Source: Saccostrea cucullata (lineage: Eukaryota). Taken from it: a stretch of 64,000 bases of DNA. Numbering within the stretch: position 1 is the first letter of the stretch; each line of letters begins with the position of its first letter. The stretch lies in contig NW_026933134.1 of NCBI RefSeq assembly GCF_032062105.1, forward strand, positions 248,001-312,000, in the 5' to 3' direction. The notes beneath the pieces were generated by a model. It was given only the letters and a program-made list of their open reading frames with translations. It was not told where the DNA came from and searched no databases. The position numbers and the translations under genes were made by a program. Shown here piece by piece: positions 11,253 to 23,300 of the stretch.

Positions 11253-14200
11253 ATGGTGTGTCAAGGGCTAGCATTTCTCCCCTTGATAACAGTCATTGTG
11301 CCTATTGTAGCTTTCATTACAGCTTATGTGTTTGCTGTTCTTCGAAAAGATGTCAATCCTTACTTTCCATATATAAGGTAGTGTTCTTCAACTTAACAGT
11401 ATTGTGAACCTGCAATATTTATCATGTTAATTTATACAGGATGTAAACGTGGGATGTCCTGCTTATTGCAAATTTAAACCTTCTTTATTTCAGTGACACG
11501 GGAACAAGAATCCCTGAAAGTTGTGTATTTGGTCAACTTTTGAATATATCATCCGCTATAGGTAAAATGCAACAAAAAGCATTAATTTTATGTTCGTGTA
11601 TGTTTTTAAGGTGTTTGGCTTCTGACATTAAAAATAATTGAAAATGATTTTCTTCTTTTTTAATTGTAAGAATAAACATAATAAATTATTTTAAGCCAGA
11701 AAAATGCATATGAATATGATTTAATTTTCAAGCTATAGGTGTTCCTGACAAAGGGAGGTAATTCTCTCATTTTAGTAAAGAAAAAGACCAAATTTGTGTC
11801 CAACATATTTAATATTTATTTTAAACTATGAAATGTTTTCAAATCATTCCAACCTTTTGCTATCTTTTAAAAGTAGTCATAGGGAATATAAATATTGATA
11901 AAATAATAATGATAATTGATAGAAGATAAAATTTAATTCTTATCAAAAAGCACACACCCTCATACAAAAAAATGCCTTTTTTCCCTTTCACAGGGCTTAT
12001 AAAATGAGCTTGGAAAATAAATTAGAAATAATTAACAAGTATTTTTTTTTCTATATATTTGTTACTTAGATGAAGTGCTTTCAAATGGTGTAAAAAATTG
12101 TATATCAATATGAGTTACTTTTAAAGATATTTTAACTTGAATTTCCTCTGACCCATTTTTCTCAAATTTTGACCAGAGGAAATTCGGATTGATTCTGTTT
12201 GCCTCTTCCATGATTTTGGGGGATTTTCTATTTGCCTAAATGAATAAGTGTATTGAAACTCAATCTTTTTCTTTAAAAGAAAAGGGACATTTCATTTTTT
12301 GGGGGACTATTTAAGACTTAGGGGAAAGAGGGGAGGGTGGGTGGGGGGGTGGGGGTTAATATCTATTTTCATGCCCACTCACATTACCTGAGGATAATTC
12401 TTTAATAGTTTGACTAATCATGGCTTTGCCTGTTCTGAGTTGAGAGAATTTTACAGACATTTCAAATATTTTTCTATGCATACTTTGCTCCACTTGTGGC
12501 CCATCCTTCCCCCAGGAATTATTGAATATAGGGTATGTAATGAAGCTAAATTTCACGTAAATGTCATCTTTTCTTCAGTGGTTCTTCAGAAGATTTTTGA
12601 ATAATGCCACCAAAATTCTTAATTACCCCCCACTTCAAGAGGGCGAGACACTTCCTATGAACAAAGTTAAATCCCCTTAATTGAAATTGGGCCAGTTGGT
12701 CTTTCAAAGAAATAAAATATATCAAACTTTACACACCCCAGACAAAAGACCGATTGCCAGACAATCTTTGATCAGAAAAGCTCACTCGGGCTTCCGTGTC
12801 AGGTGAGCTAAAAACCACCACATAGTAATCATTTCACTATAAACGTTTCACAGCAAAATTCCAGTTATTGAAAATGAAGGGAATAAAAAAAAAAGACTAA
12901 ATGAATGTTTTGAACTACTAGTTGTACCAATAACAGCTAGTTTAATTTGCGTCATGCAATGTAAATCTCTCTTGATTTCATTGTATCAAACAAAATGTTC
13001 TTTATTCAAGATGAAAAATGATCAACTATTTAACTTTATTCAGATCCATGTTTCCTTGTGATAGAGATCTATCAAATTGTTACCTTTACAAGTAACATAA
13101 AACATTTTTATATACTGCAAACATTAGATTTTTTGTGCCTTTGACAGAAAACTGCTGTTGCTATTTCAAGAACATCGCTAACTTTATGACCTGCGTATTT
13201 ATAAGTACACAATAAAAATTTTGCTAGAAATCAAACCTAGCCCGATTGTTGAAAAATAGATTACTGCCAAGTATAGGTCATACACAATATTAAACATTTA
13301 CAGAATGTCTTTTCATATTCATTTGTGCATGTTTCAATTTAATATGCACATAGTCTTCTTCAATAAATATCAATGAACACCTTTTAATTTTTCATGTATG
13401 CTCAAAATATGGGTAATGAAAATAAATTGTTGTCAATTTCTAAATAAGGATTTATTTTGAATGGAAAGAAAATGTTTTGTTCAACTACAAACTACCTATA
13501 ACAATAAACATTGAAAAAAACAATAGTTCATGGCATAATTATACCCCTGCTCTGAAGCACAGGGTTTATACTGTTTTTCTTTCTACACTTGTGTGTCTTT
13601 CTGTCAGTAACAAATTTTTGTCCAATTTTTCTCAGCAATCACTCATCATGCTCAATTGCTCATCACAGATGCTTTAAGTTTTAGCACACTCTTTCTTTAG
13701 CCATGCCGTATGTTGGAATTGGTTTTAGACGAATCTGATGTCAACTTCCTGATTATCTGTGCATTTGTCTGTACCACAAATAGTAAATTTTTGTCACAGT
13801 TTTCTCCAAAACTACTCATCACATTTGGAATTGGTTTTAGACGAATCTGATGTCAAATTCCTGATTATCTGTGCATCTGTCTGTACCACAAATAGTAAAT
13901 TTTTGTCACAGTTTTCTCCACAACTACTCATCACAGTTGGAATTGGTTTTAGACGAATCTGATGTCAACTTCCTGTTTATCTGTGCATCTGTCTGTACCA
14001 CAAATAATAAATTTTTGTCACAGTTTTCTCCACAACTACTCATCACAGTTGGAATTGGTTTTAGACGAATCTGATGTCAACTTCCTGTTTATCTGTGCAT
14101 CTGTCTGTACCACAAATAACAAATTTTTGTCACAGTTTTCTCCACAACTACTCATCACAGTTGGAATTGGTTTTAGACGAATCTGATGTCAACTTCCTGT

Positions 14201-17200
14201 TTATCTGTGCATCTGTCTGTACCACAAATAATAAATTTTTGTCACAGTTTTCTCCACAACTACTCATCACCGTTGGAATTGGTTTTAGACGAATCTGATG
14301 TCAACTTCCTGTTTATCTGTGCATCTGTCTGTACCACAAATAACAAATTTTTGTCACAGTTTTCTCCACAACTACTCATCACAGTTGGAATTGGTTTTAG
14401 ACGAATCTGATGTCAACTTCCTGTTTATCTGTGCATCTGTCTGTACCACAAATAATAAATTTTTGTCACAGTTTTCTCCACAACTACTCATCACCGTTGG
14501 AATTGGTTTTAGACGAATCTGATGTCAACTTCCTGTTTATCTGTGCATCTGTCTGTACCACAAATAACAAATTTTTGTCACAGTTTTCTCCACAACTACT
14601 CATCACCGTTGGAATTGGTTTTAGACGAATCTGATGTCAACTTCCTGTTTATCTGTGCATCTGTCTGTACCACAAATAATAAATTTTTGTCACAGTTTTC
14701 TCCACAACTACTCATCACAGATGCTTGAAATTTTTTAGACATGAAATATGGTTGGATTCATTTTTGTACGAATCCATTGTCAATTAACTTTGTTTATTCC
14801 TGTCTGTCCATATTCACATCAGAGTGAGGGTATTACTAGTGAGCACTGGCTCACAGAAATCAAACAAACAAACAAACAAACAACCAAACAAACAATAACA
14901 TAGTTACATACAAAGAACATCATACAACTGCGTTACTGCTCAGATCTGAGAAAATCTGCAACAGAATCAATGATTTTTCTAGATTTTGTCACACGCACAC
15001 TGTTATCTGTTATCTCTGTCAGCACATCCTGTACTCCCTCCCTACCATTTCTGCGATAAGCCAGTTGTAAGTGTGATAAGGAGAGTCCACTGCTGGCAAT
15101 CTTATTTCCCATTCCATTCGAAATCACCTTTTGGTCCAATAAAGGCTTTAGTGTGCTCATTAGACTTTTTGTTGTGCTCTTGTGATGGAATATGGCAAAG
15201 GCAGAGTTTGAAGTGAAAGATGCAGCAAGTTTGACTTCAGGGGAAGGTCCTGTATGGTCCAACAATCTCTTCAAGGCTAAGACATCCTGTAATGAGTCAT
15301 GCGCACTGTATTTGTCTTGTAGAATTTCTTCGAAGAGGTGTAACTGTGAGTATGATGAAAGGTTTGGATGCGAAATTTTGAAAAGAGGTAAGGTATCAAT
15401 GAAACCAATGACTGCAGATGAGAATGCCTCCAAAATGTTTAATTTACTCAAAATGTTGAACAGCACAGGAAGGTCAAACACTTTGGAGTTGTGTCCAACT
15501 AGAACAGCATCTGACTCCGATTTCTTCATGAAGTCGATAAACTGGATCAGTGCATCCTTAATGCTGACTGTCTCAACTTCCTCATCATTGTGGTACATTT
15601 TATTGTTGACTACTTTTATTCCAGTAATTTCTGTAGCTTTTGAGGACATTGGTTTTTCTGGAATGATGTATTTGTTGAAAACCTCATCATTTCTAACTGC
15701 AGACAACTGCACAATATGAGAATCCCTTGCTAAAAATAAAAAACAAATAATTTAATTTTGATTGTAACGCATCATTTGATTGGATAAAAAATTAATCTAA
15801 ATTGTATAATCTGGTTTGCTTACGTCACAATGACTTACATCAAATTGTATCAATCCGCTTGACGTTACGTTTAAAATATGAACTATTTGAAGGCGTTATA
15901 AAGAGAAAATTTGTCTTGTTTTATATTCTTGATGATTGAAAATTAAATCATAAGGAGTGAATTAAATGGCAACCCAAATTATACTGCTACAACCTGGGTT
16001 GGAGCAGTTTACGCTTTTTTATAAACCACTTTGAGGTTTAGAAAGCGTAAACTGCCCCAACCCAGGTAATACAGTATAATTTGGGTTGCTATTTAATTCA
16101 TTCCTTAAGTAAATTCAAGTTTTTAAAATTAAAAGCATTAAAAAAAATACATACAAAAATTGATATATTGTAAATGTATTATATTTAGCATGTATGATAT
16201 TTGGCAGAAATTGACTTTTGAATAAGTAAGCGTAGATTTGATTTAGCGCATTTCTTCATTTTCTTCTTTATGTGTATATGTGCAAGACATTTAGCGTTGT
16301 ACTTGATTTAGCGGTTGCTGCGTTTCGCCAAATCCGCTATTAGAATACACAGCCAAATGTAATCCGTTTACAGTATGCATGATTTAAAAAATTTTGAAAC
16401 ATTATAATAATAGTAACCCTCTTCCCCAAGACTTAACTCCTTCAAAGATGCTTGAATTCTTTCAGAATATGCAATTTCTTTTTAATCAGTGTCCTCAGAA
16501 GGAAGGGTAAAGTTTTGAAAGATATAAAACATGCTCAACTACTTGTACCAATACCGGAATTATGCAAGAGTCTCCATTTCTATTCGTTTTCTATGATAAC
16601 TTTAGTATTATTCCTTCAAAATGCATACAAAAGAAATACCGGAAGAGGGCCATAACCATCAGCATTGACTTAACATTTAAATCTAGGTTCTTACCGAGTC
16701 CAGTAGTTTCCAAATCAAAATAGATCTCTTCAGCATTTAACAGCTGACTTGAAGGGAGATGATCATACTTTGGAATTGTTTTTGGAGCTGGAATTTCAAC
16801 GATGTCAGAGGCCTGCTGGAGATCACATCCTGTTAAATAACTGATGCCTTCCCTTGTTTCTTTTGTAGAAATACTTTGAATTCTGTAAAGAAGATGTATA
16901 CTGTAAAACAAATGATTCTAAACTGAGGTCTTACAAAAGGCCTAGCAAAATAAACAATCACCTAATGTACAGCTAATAAATTAGGAGTTGTAAATAAATG
17001 AAAATCCTGAGCACATCGGCAAGGAAAGAGCACAAAGTAGACCAGAATAGAAAAGTTATGGTACATGTAATTTACTGAAGGGGGGGCTTAAATTTTATCA
17101 CTACTTAAGAATGCCTCCATATCAATACAGCATATAACTTTTTTAACATTTTGTTCGTATATATTACTTAGTAATAATTTGAATTTGATTCCCCACTGTT

Positions 17201-17294
17201 TCCCTCCCTACCACAAAGGATCAGGATTTAAACAAATTTAAATCTTCAATACATGAGGATGTTTACATTTCCATATGACTAAACATAGCTTCTC

Positions 17295-17327
<33 letters not shown>

Positions 17328-20300
17328 ATTTTTTCCCTTTATTTTCCTATGTAAAACTTTGATCCACCATGTATGATTTGAAAAAAAAAATTAATTCTAC
17401 TTTACCTGAGGATGCTTCCATATTAATATCACCAATCATAGCTTTGCTATTCTTGAGAATTTTTTAAAAAATATATTGTACTGTAAAATGCAATTGTGGC
17501 CCCACCCTATCCCTGGGGGTCATGATTTAAACAATCTAGAATCTACACTACCTGAGGATGATTTCATTTCAATATCACTTATCATGGCTTTGCAGTCCTT
17601 GAGAAGATTTTTAAAGATTTCAAATTCTCTATATATTCCTGTGTAAAACTTTGATTGGCTATGTGGTCCCACCCTATCCCCCAGGGTCAAGATTTGAACA
17701 AATTTGAATCTACACTACCTGAAGATGATTCCATATGAGTTTCATCTTACCTGGCCCAGTGGATACTAACTTTGTAGCAAGTTTGGTTGAAATTGGCCTA
17801 GTTGTTCTTGAGAGGAAGATGGAAATGTGAAAAGTTAATGACAACAGATACATTTTTATCAGTAAAGCTCACTTGAGCTTTCCGCTAAGGTGAGCTAAAA
17901 AACTGGGTATGTAGGTAGGTAAAATTTTTATTTTAAGATTGCAGCAAAGCAATATGCCCTCCCTTCTTTGAAAAAAATATTTATCAAACCATGCTATTTA
18001 TAACAAGCATACCGTAAATCTTTGGTGATTCAGAAAACAAATCTTAGTAACATGCAAGATATTAATTCCCACTTAAATTCATACTTATCATCATTCACTT
18101 GTTCTTGGTTTATTTTCATTTTTGAGGTTGACAAAAGGTTTTTTACACCTGACAAATGACAATCAAAGTATACTAGTACGTACTTCCTGGCTTTCAATTC
18201 TCTCCTTCTCCTTTTAAATTTCTGTGTCACTGAAATGGCCTTCTGTCGCTTTCTTTGCAAATCCCTCAGAATGCACTGTCGTCGAGTATAGTAGCCAGGA
18301 GAGAGGCCCAATTTCTTGTTAACCTTTAATAAGGATAAAAGAATCTATTATGTACAACTACAATGTACATACATATACAATACAATCTGCTTTTGATTAA
18401 AATTTGCAGAATTTTCAAATGTAAGAGATAACTTGAGTGGTTCAACTCAGATATGACACAATAAGCATGAAAAAATAAAAATTTACAAACCTTTACAAGA
18501 TATCTGTGTCCAACATTTTTCTGGGCTACACATGCAGCAACTCTATATCTGAGGCTTGAAGAAGAGCTGTAATGATGGGTCTTTGGGGCTTTTGCAGACA
18601 CCATTCTGTGAAAACTCTCATTGGACTGTGTGCTTCCTAAGCATGAAAGACGATCAGAATGACTTGCATATGAACTGAAGACTTCTTTCAGATCATCCTG
18701 AAGGAACCTATCTTTCAGGGGTTTTCCATGTGGAAGTGACTTGTACCTCAGGTTAGGGTTGTTAATGAAGTTGCACCACCTTGAGGAGCAGTGTTGGTGA
18801 TCTCCAAATATGTGTAATGGAATTGATGAAAGGTCTTCTTTGATTTGAGAAGCATTTCCTTTTCCCTGTGCTATGGAGTAACTGAAGCATTTCTGAATGT
18901 ACTTTATCACAGACAAAGTTAGAGATGAATGTTTTTTCTTCAAGGTAAACAAAGAGTTTGTAAACAGTTTCTTTAGATGATTTTTATCAGACAACTTCTT
19001 AATATCAGCATTGACATTAGCTTTCAGTCTTGCAATAGTGGTAGAGTCCTCATCTCCAATGATTCCATCAATGGTTATTCCTTTACTTTTCTGTAGATCT
19101 TGGACCATCTCAATAACCATATCTGCCTCCATGGCCTTTGAACTACCCTCCCAATTCTTTGAGCACTCATGGGCTGCTGGATTCTTGTTGGTTGATTCAG
19201 CTACACTGCATACTCTGCAATTCTTAGACCTCAGAGAGTATGACAATACTTTGTCGGAGAGAGGACCAACCATGGAACAATGACCTGAAAAATTACAAAT
19301 TAGAAAAACTGTATAACTTATAGATGTATTCGTTGTTTTTATTAAAGCATTTTTCATGCATTTCTTAACTTAATAAAATGTATGTCTTAATACTTTGGCA
19401 AGGAAAATCAAATTCGATCACTGATGTTACATGTATGCATTTGGTAATAACCTTTAACCCCTTTAGTCAGCAATGAACCTGTGCGTCCAGTGCACTATAG
19501 CATAATTAGGTCAAATATTTATTTTTCATGAGGGGTGCTGTATAATTAATGCAAATCGTTCAACTTTAAAAAAGTAAACAGTTGCTATAAAACGTGTTTG
19601 CAGGATGCAATAGGGACCAAATTCCTACTTCTTTGAAGTTAGTGTTCTAAGTATTGACAATGCTTTGGTAAATAATGTTTCTAATAAGTGTCGTTAAAAA
19701 TTGGTTGCGTGCCATAGAGCGATTAGCGAATACGCTAACTGTGTAAAATCACCTAATATTTTAATATTTTGATTTGACTCATTATGACTCTTAATGATTT
19801 TTCTCGTGTAAACATTATATCCTTTTTTGGCTCCATCATCCCACCTTGGGTCCATATTTCGAACAAAACTGAATATGCTTTACCTGCATGAGCAACATAA
19901 CTATTCATGGCTGTTCTTTAGAAGAATATTTTACAATTTATATGGACAGTTGAACTTTGAGATATGTGTCTTTCTAAATTTATTGCATCTGTTTCGTGGG
20001 CATAAAATTTTGTTGTTTTGACATCAAAAATAATCTCGTCGTTGTTTTAAAACTAACCCTAGGTCTAAAAAAAATATGTTTGTTTCCTGTAACCCGACCG
20101 ACCCATTCAAATTACCCCCCGGGTGAATTTTTTTTCTGACAAATGGCAAAACTTCGTTTGATCAATCAGCTGATTCCATTTATTAAAAAAAGAAAATTAG
20201 CTTGTAGCTTAACTTGAGACATAAAATATGTCAACCTAGTTTACATTTAAGTTTGATTAGTTATAAAGAGTAATCATTATTATAACAACAATTTCCCCCT

Positions 20301-23300
20301 ACAACTTTCTGAAGATCGTTTTCCGCCGCTAGGCAGCCATTTTGGATGCCATGTTGGGTGTCCACTGTAAATATGACACCTGGTATATTGAGTCCAGGGA
20401 TGTTTGACAATGTTTGACAATTCATAAGAAAAAAAAAATCCCGACCTACCGACCCTTAATTTTTTTGGAATGTTACAGGAAACAAACATATTTTTTTTAA
20501 AGCCCTATTCAATATATAGTCATATAAAATTTCGTGTGGGATTTAATTTTGTTGGAATTTTGTTAACGGAATAAACAAAATTTGTGCTTTTACAGTATTT
20601 TTACCTGATAAACTATCATATGTCTTTCCGCTACCCCGTTTTTGCCATCCAGCATCTACAGCAACAACTAGTCCATTTTCGTTCATCTCTCTGAAAAATA
20701 GTTAAATAACAGACATCAGTTATTAACTGTGAACCTGTCTCCTTTAGAACACCCCCTAATGTGCATAACATTCTGCATATTTATCAACACAAATTATACT
20801 GTACATGACTAAACCTTATATTTATCAGTATATCAGATTCTATTAACTTGATCACTATCAATTATTATTAGGTATTCCCTATGATTTTCATTTGGGGATC
20901 AAAACTAAAACACGAGGCTCTTGGGGCTTGGGCCACAATACTCTAGGAAGTCACTGTCTCTGTCCAATCTAATTAAAATTATTTGTTAGATCCACTTGCA
21001 TACTCGCTACACAAACATCTAACAACATCTCATTGAGGGTCACGTCAGAGGTCAAATTCTAATCAACCAATCAAATTGTCTCTTGCAAAATCATTGTTTA
21101 TTTGTTGACGCAATTGAAGAAAATAAGTCTAGGGTTGTTCCGAATTTGAACTCTGAGTGACCCTCTATAGGATGTTGTTAGATGCTAGTGTAGCAATTAT
21201 GCGAGCAGATCTAACATCTAATTTTGATTAGACTGTGTCTCTGTCACTCTTCAATTTTTTTTCTTCAATCAAATTTTCCTTTTTTAATTCATTCTAGGAA
21301 TGAATTTAATAGCTACCCAAGTTATACTGTATATCCTGGGTTGTGCCAGTTTTGGCTTTCTATACAGCGAGGCTTTCATTTCAAAGCAGGTTACACTATT
21401 ATAACTTGGATAACTATGAAGTTAATTCCTTATAATTTAATTCTCCATCAATAAGTAAAGAAAATAAGACAATTTTTCCTTCAAAGATGCATGCAATTAG
21501 TACATACATGTATCTTATATGTAAAATTAAATGGGTTGTTATGTTTGTGACATACATGTTAGTAATTGTGACTTAACCAACACAGGTTATACCATATGAC
21601 CACTACACATGTATGCTAGACACCCATTGATCTGATCAGAAAAGCTCTATTGCGCCTTTGGCTCATTTGAGCTAAATAGTGAGATTTAAACTGAATTTAT
21701 ATTGTTTACACACTCATTCATCATTTCCAGTTCCTTCTGCAAAGCATCAGACATAGACTCTGCAGCAATATCTTCAACAGCTCTGCCTATCTCTTTCTGT
21801 CTTTTGTCCAGCATGGCATGGCTTACAGGTGGTATATTCAGCTCAGAAAGGAGACTGTTGACTTGTGTTGCACCAATACCAACATGTACAATTGCTGTAA
21901 ATACAAATTCATAAATGTAAAAAAGAAATCAATCTAATCACTTTAAACAAGAAGCTTGTGAAATACAACACTCATCTTAGTCTCCTTTATTTTCTCTCTT
22001 TATTACCAGAAATTAAAAATAGAACCCATACTTTTAACAAACTAAACCCCTAGGGGTAATGGCAACAAAACTTGAAATGATCTACATTAGGATGATTCAA
22101 TATCAATATGATTAATACAGTAATAAGGCTTTGCTGTTCTACAGAGAATTTTTTCCATCTGAATAGTCAAATGGTTTAGAGAACAAATCAAAAAAAGTCC
22201 CATTCTAACTTGTTATACCCTTTCTATGATGTGAATATAGGTTCTTTTGTGAATATACAGGCAGACACATGGATAAATAGGAAGCAGACATTGGATTTCT
22301 ATAAAAGTGAATTCCATCATATGGCATATTGCCAAAACAAGGTGTGACTGTGTGGTAAAACACAAGAGTAAAACAGTATACCAGTACCCACTTCCCTCTC
22401 CTTTAAAGCATATTTTGAAAAGTTGACAGACAGATAAATGGAAAAAGATCAGAAAGCTGAAATGAGCCTCTGGCTTCAATAAGTTAAAAATAGCTTGCCT
22501 TCTCATCAAGTTTTTATTCTGAATTAAACATTATCAGGGGCGGATCCAGGAATTGAAGTTAGACGGGCAGGGTTCGACATTAACGTTAGTCCGTTAGTCT
22601 CAGACTAATAAGTCTCAGACTAATACATTTTCATTTGGACTAATAAAAGTTGTGGCGTATTAGTCCGAATGGACTAATAAAGTTTTCTGGGGGAAAAAAT
22701 TACCGAAGTTCTCGACAACTTTCACTGGAAAACCCGTATGTATTTTTAGCTTTCTTGCATCTTGGCGGAAAGTTATGTAATTCTGAGTCAATTCGGCACT
22801 TAATTTTAGGACTCATTGGAATGAAATTAAACATTTTAGGGATTATGATTTATCATGACTCATAAAGAAAGATGTCGGGCATTTGGATGTCGTAATCATT
22901 TATAGAGAATAATGAGATTGGGAACACGATCCTAGTTCCTGATCAGGCAATTTCAACAAATATTGGTATAAAACATTTCATGTAAACGCATGCTTTGTTT
23001 ATTACAAAAAAAGTATAAAAAGTACCTTGAAATGTAAATTCTATTGTTTAATTATATTTTTGACGGACTCATAAAATTGCCTGTGGACTAATAAAATTAA
23101 AGATACACTAGTCCGGCTAGACCAACGCCGAAAAATGTTAGTGTCGAACCCTGGCGGGTTGGGCGCCAGATTCAGGCAGGGGGTCTGGGGGCCGCCTTGA
23201 GGCAAAGCCCTGGTGGGGGCCAAGGGGGCGAAGCCCCCCGAAGCTCTTGGAGTCTAGAGGTTTTGTAGGGTAAAAATGAGGTCTACCAAGTAGACATCAG

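Noticed and set aside
11627-13500. Second (KolX-like) gene or long terminal direct repeats in the transposon
   Set aside because: No convincing exons, and no direct repeat of the other terminus seen by eye.
13712-14719. Repeat array as CRISPR-like or as coding (series of 67-74 aa ORFs)
   Set aside because: Units are contiguous with no unique spacers, and the ORFs are artefacts of the 112-bp period.
14933-19357. ORF-track entries 14933-15712, 16591-16911, 18030-18311 and 18326-19357 as separate genes
   Set aside because: They are exons of one spliced ORF; their ends run into intron sequence.
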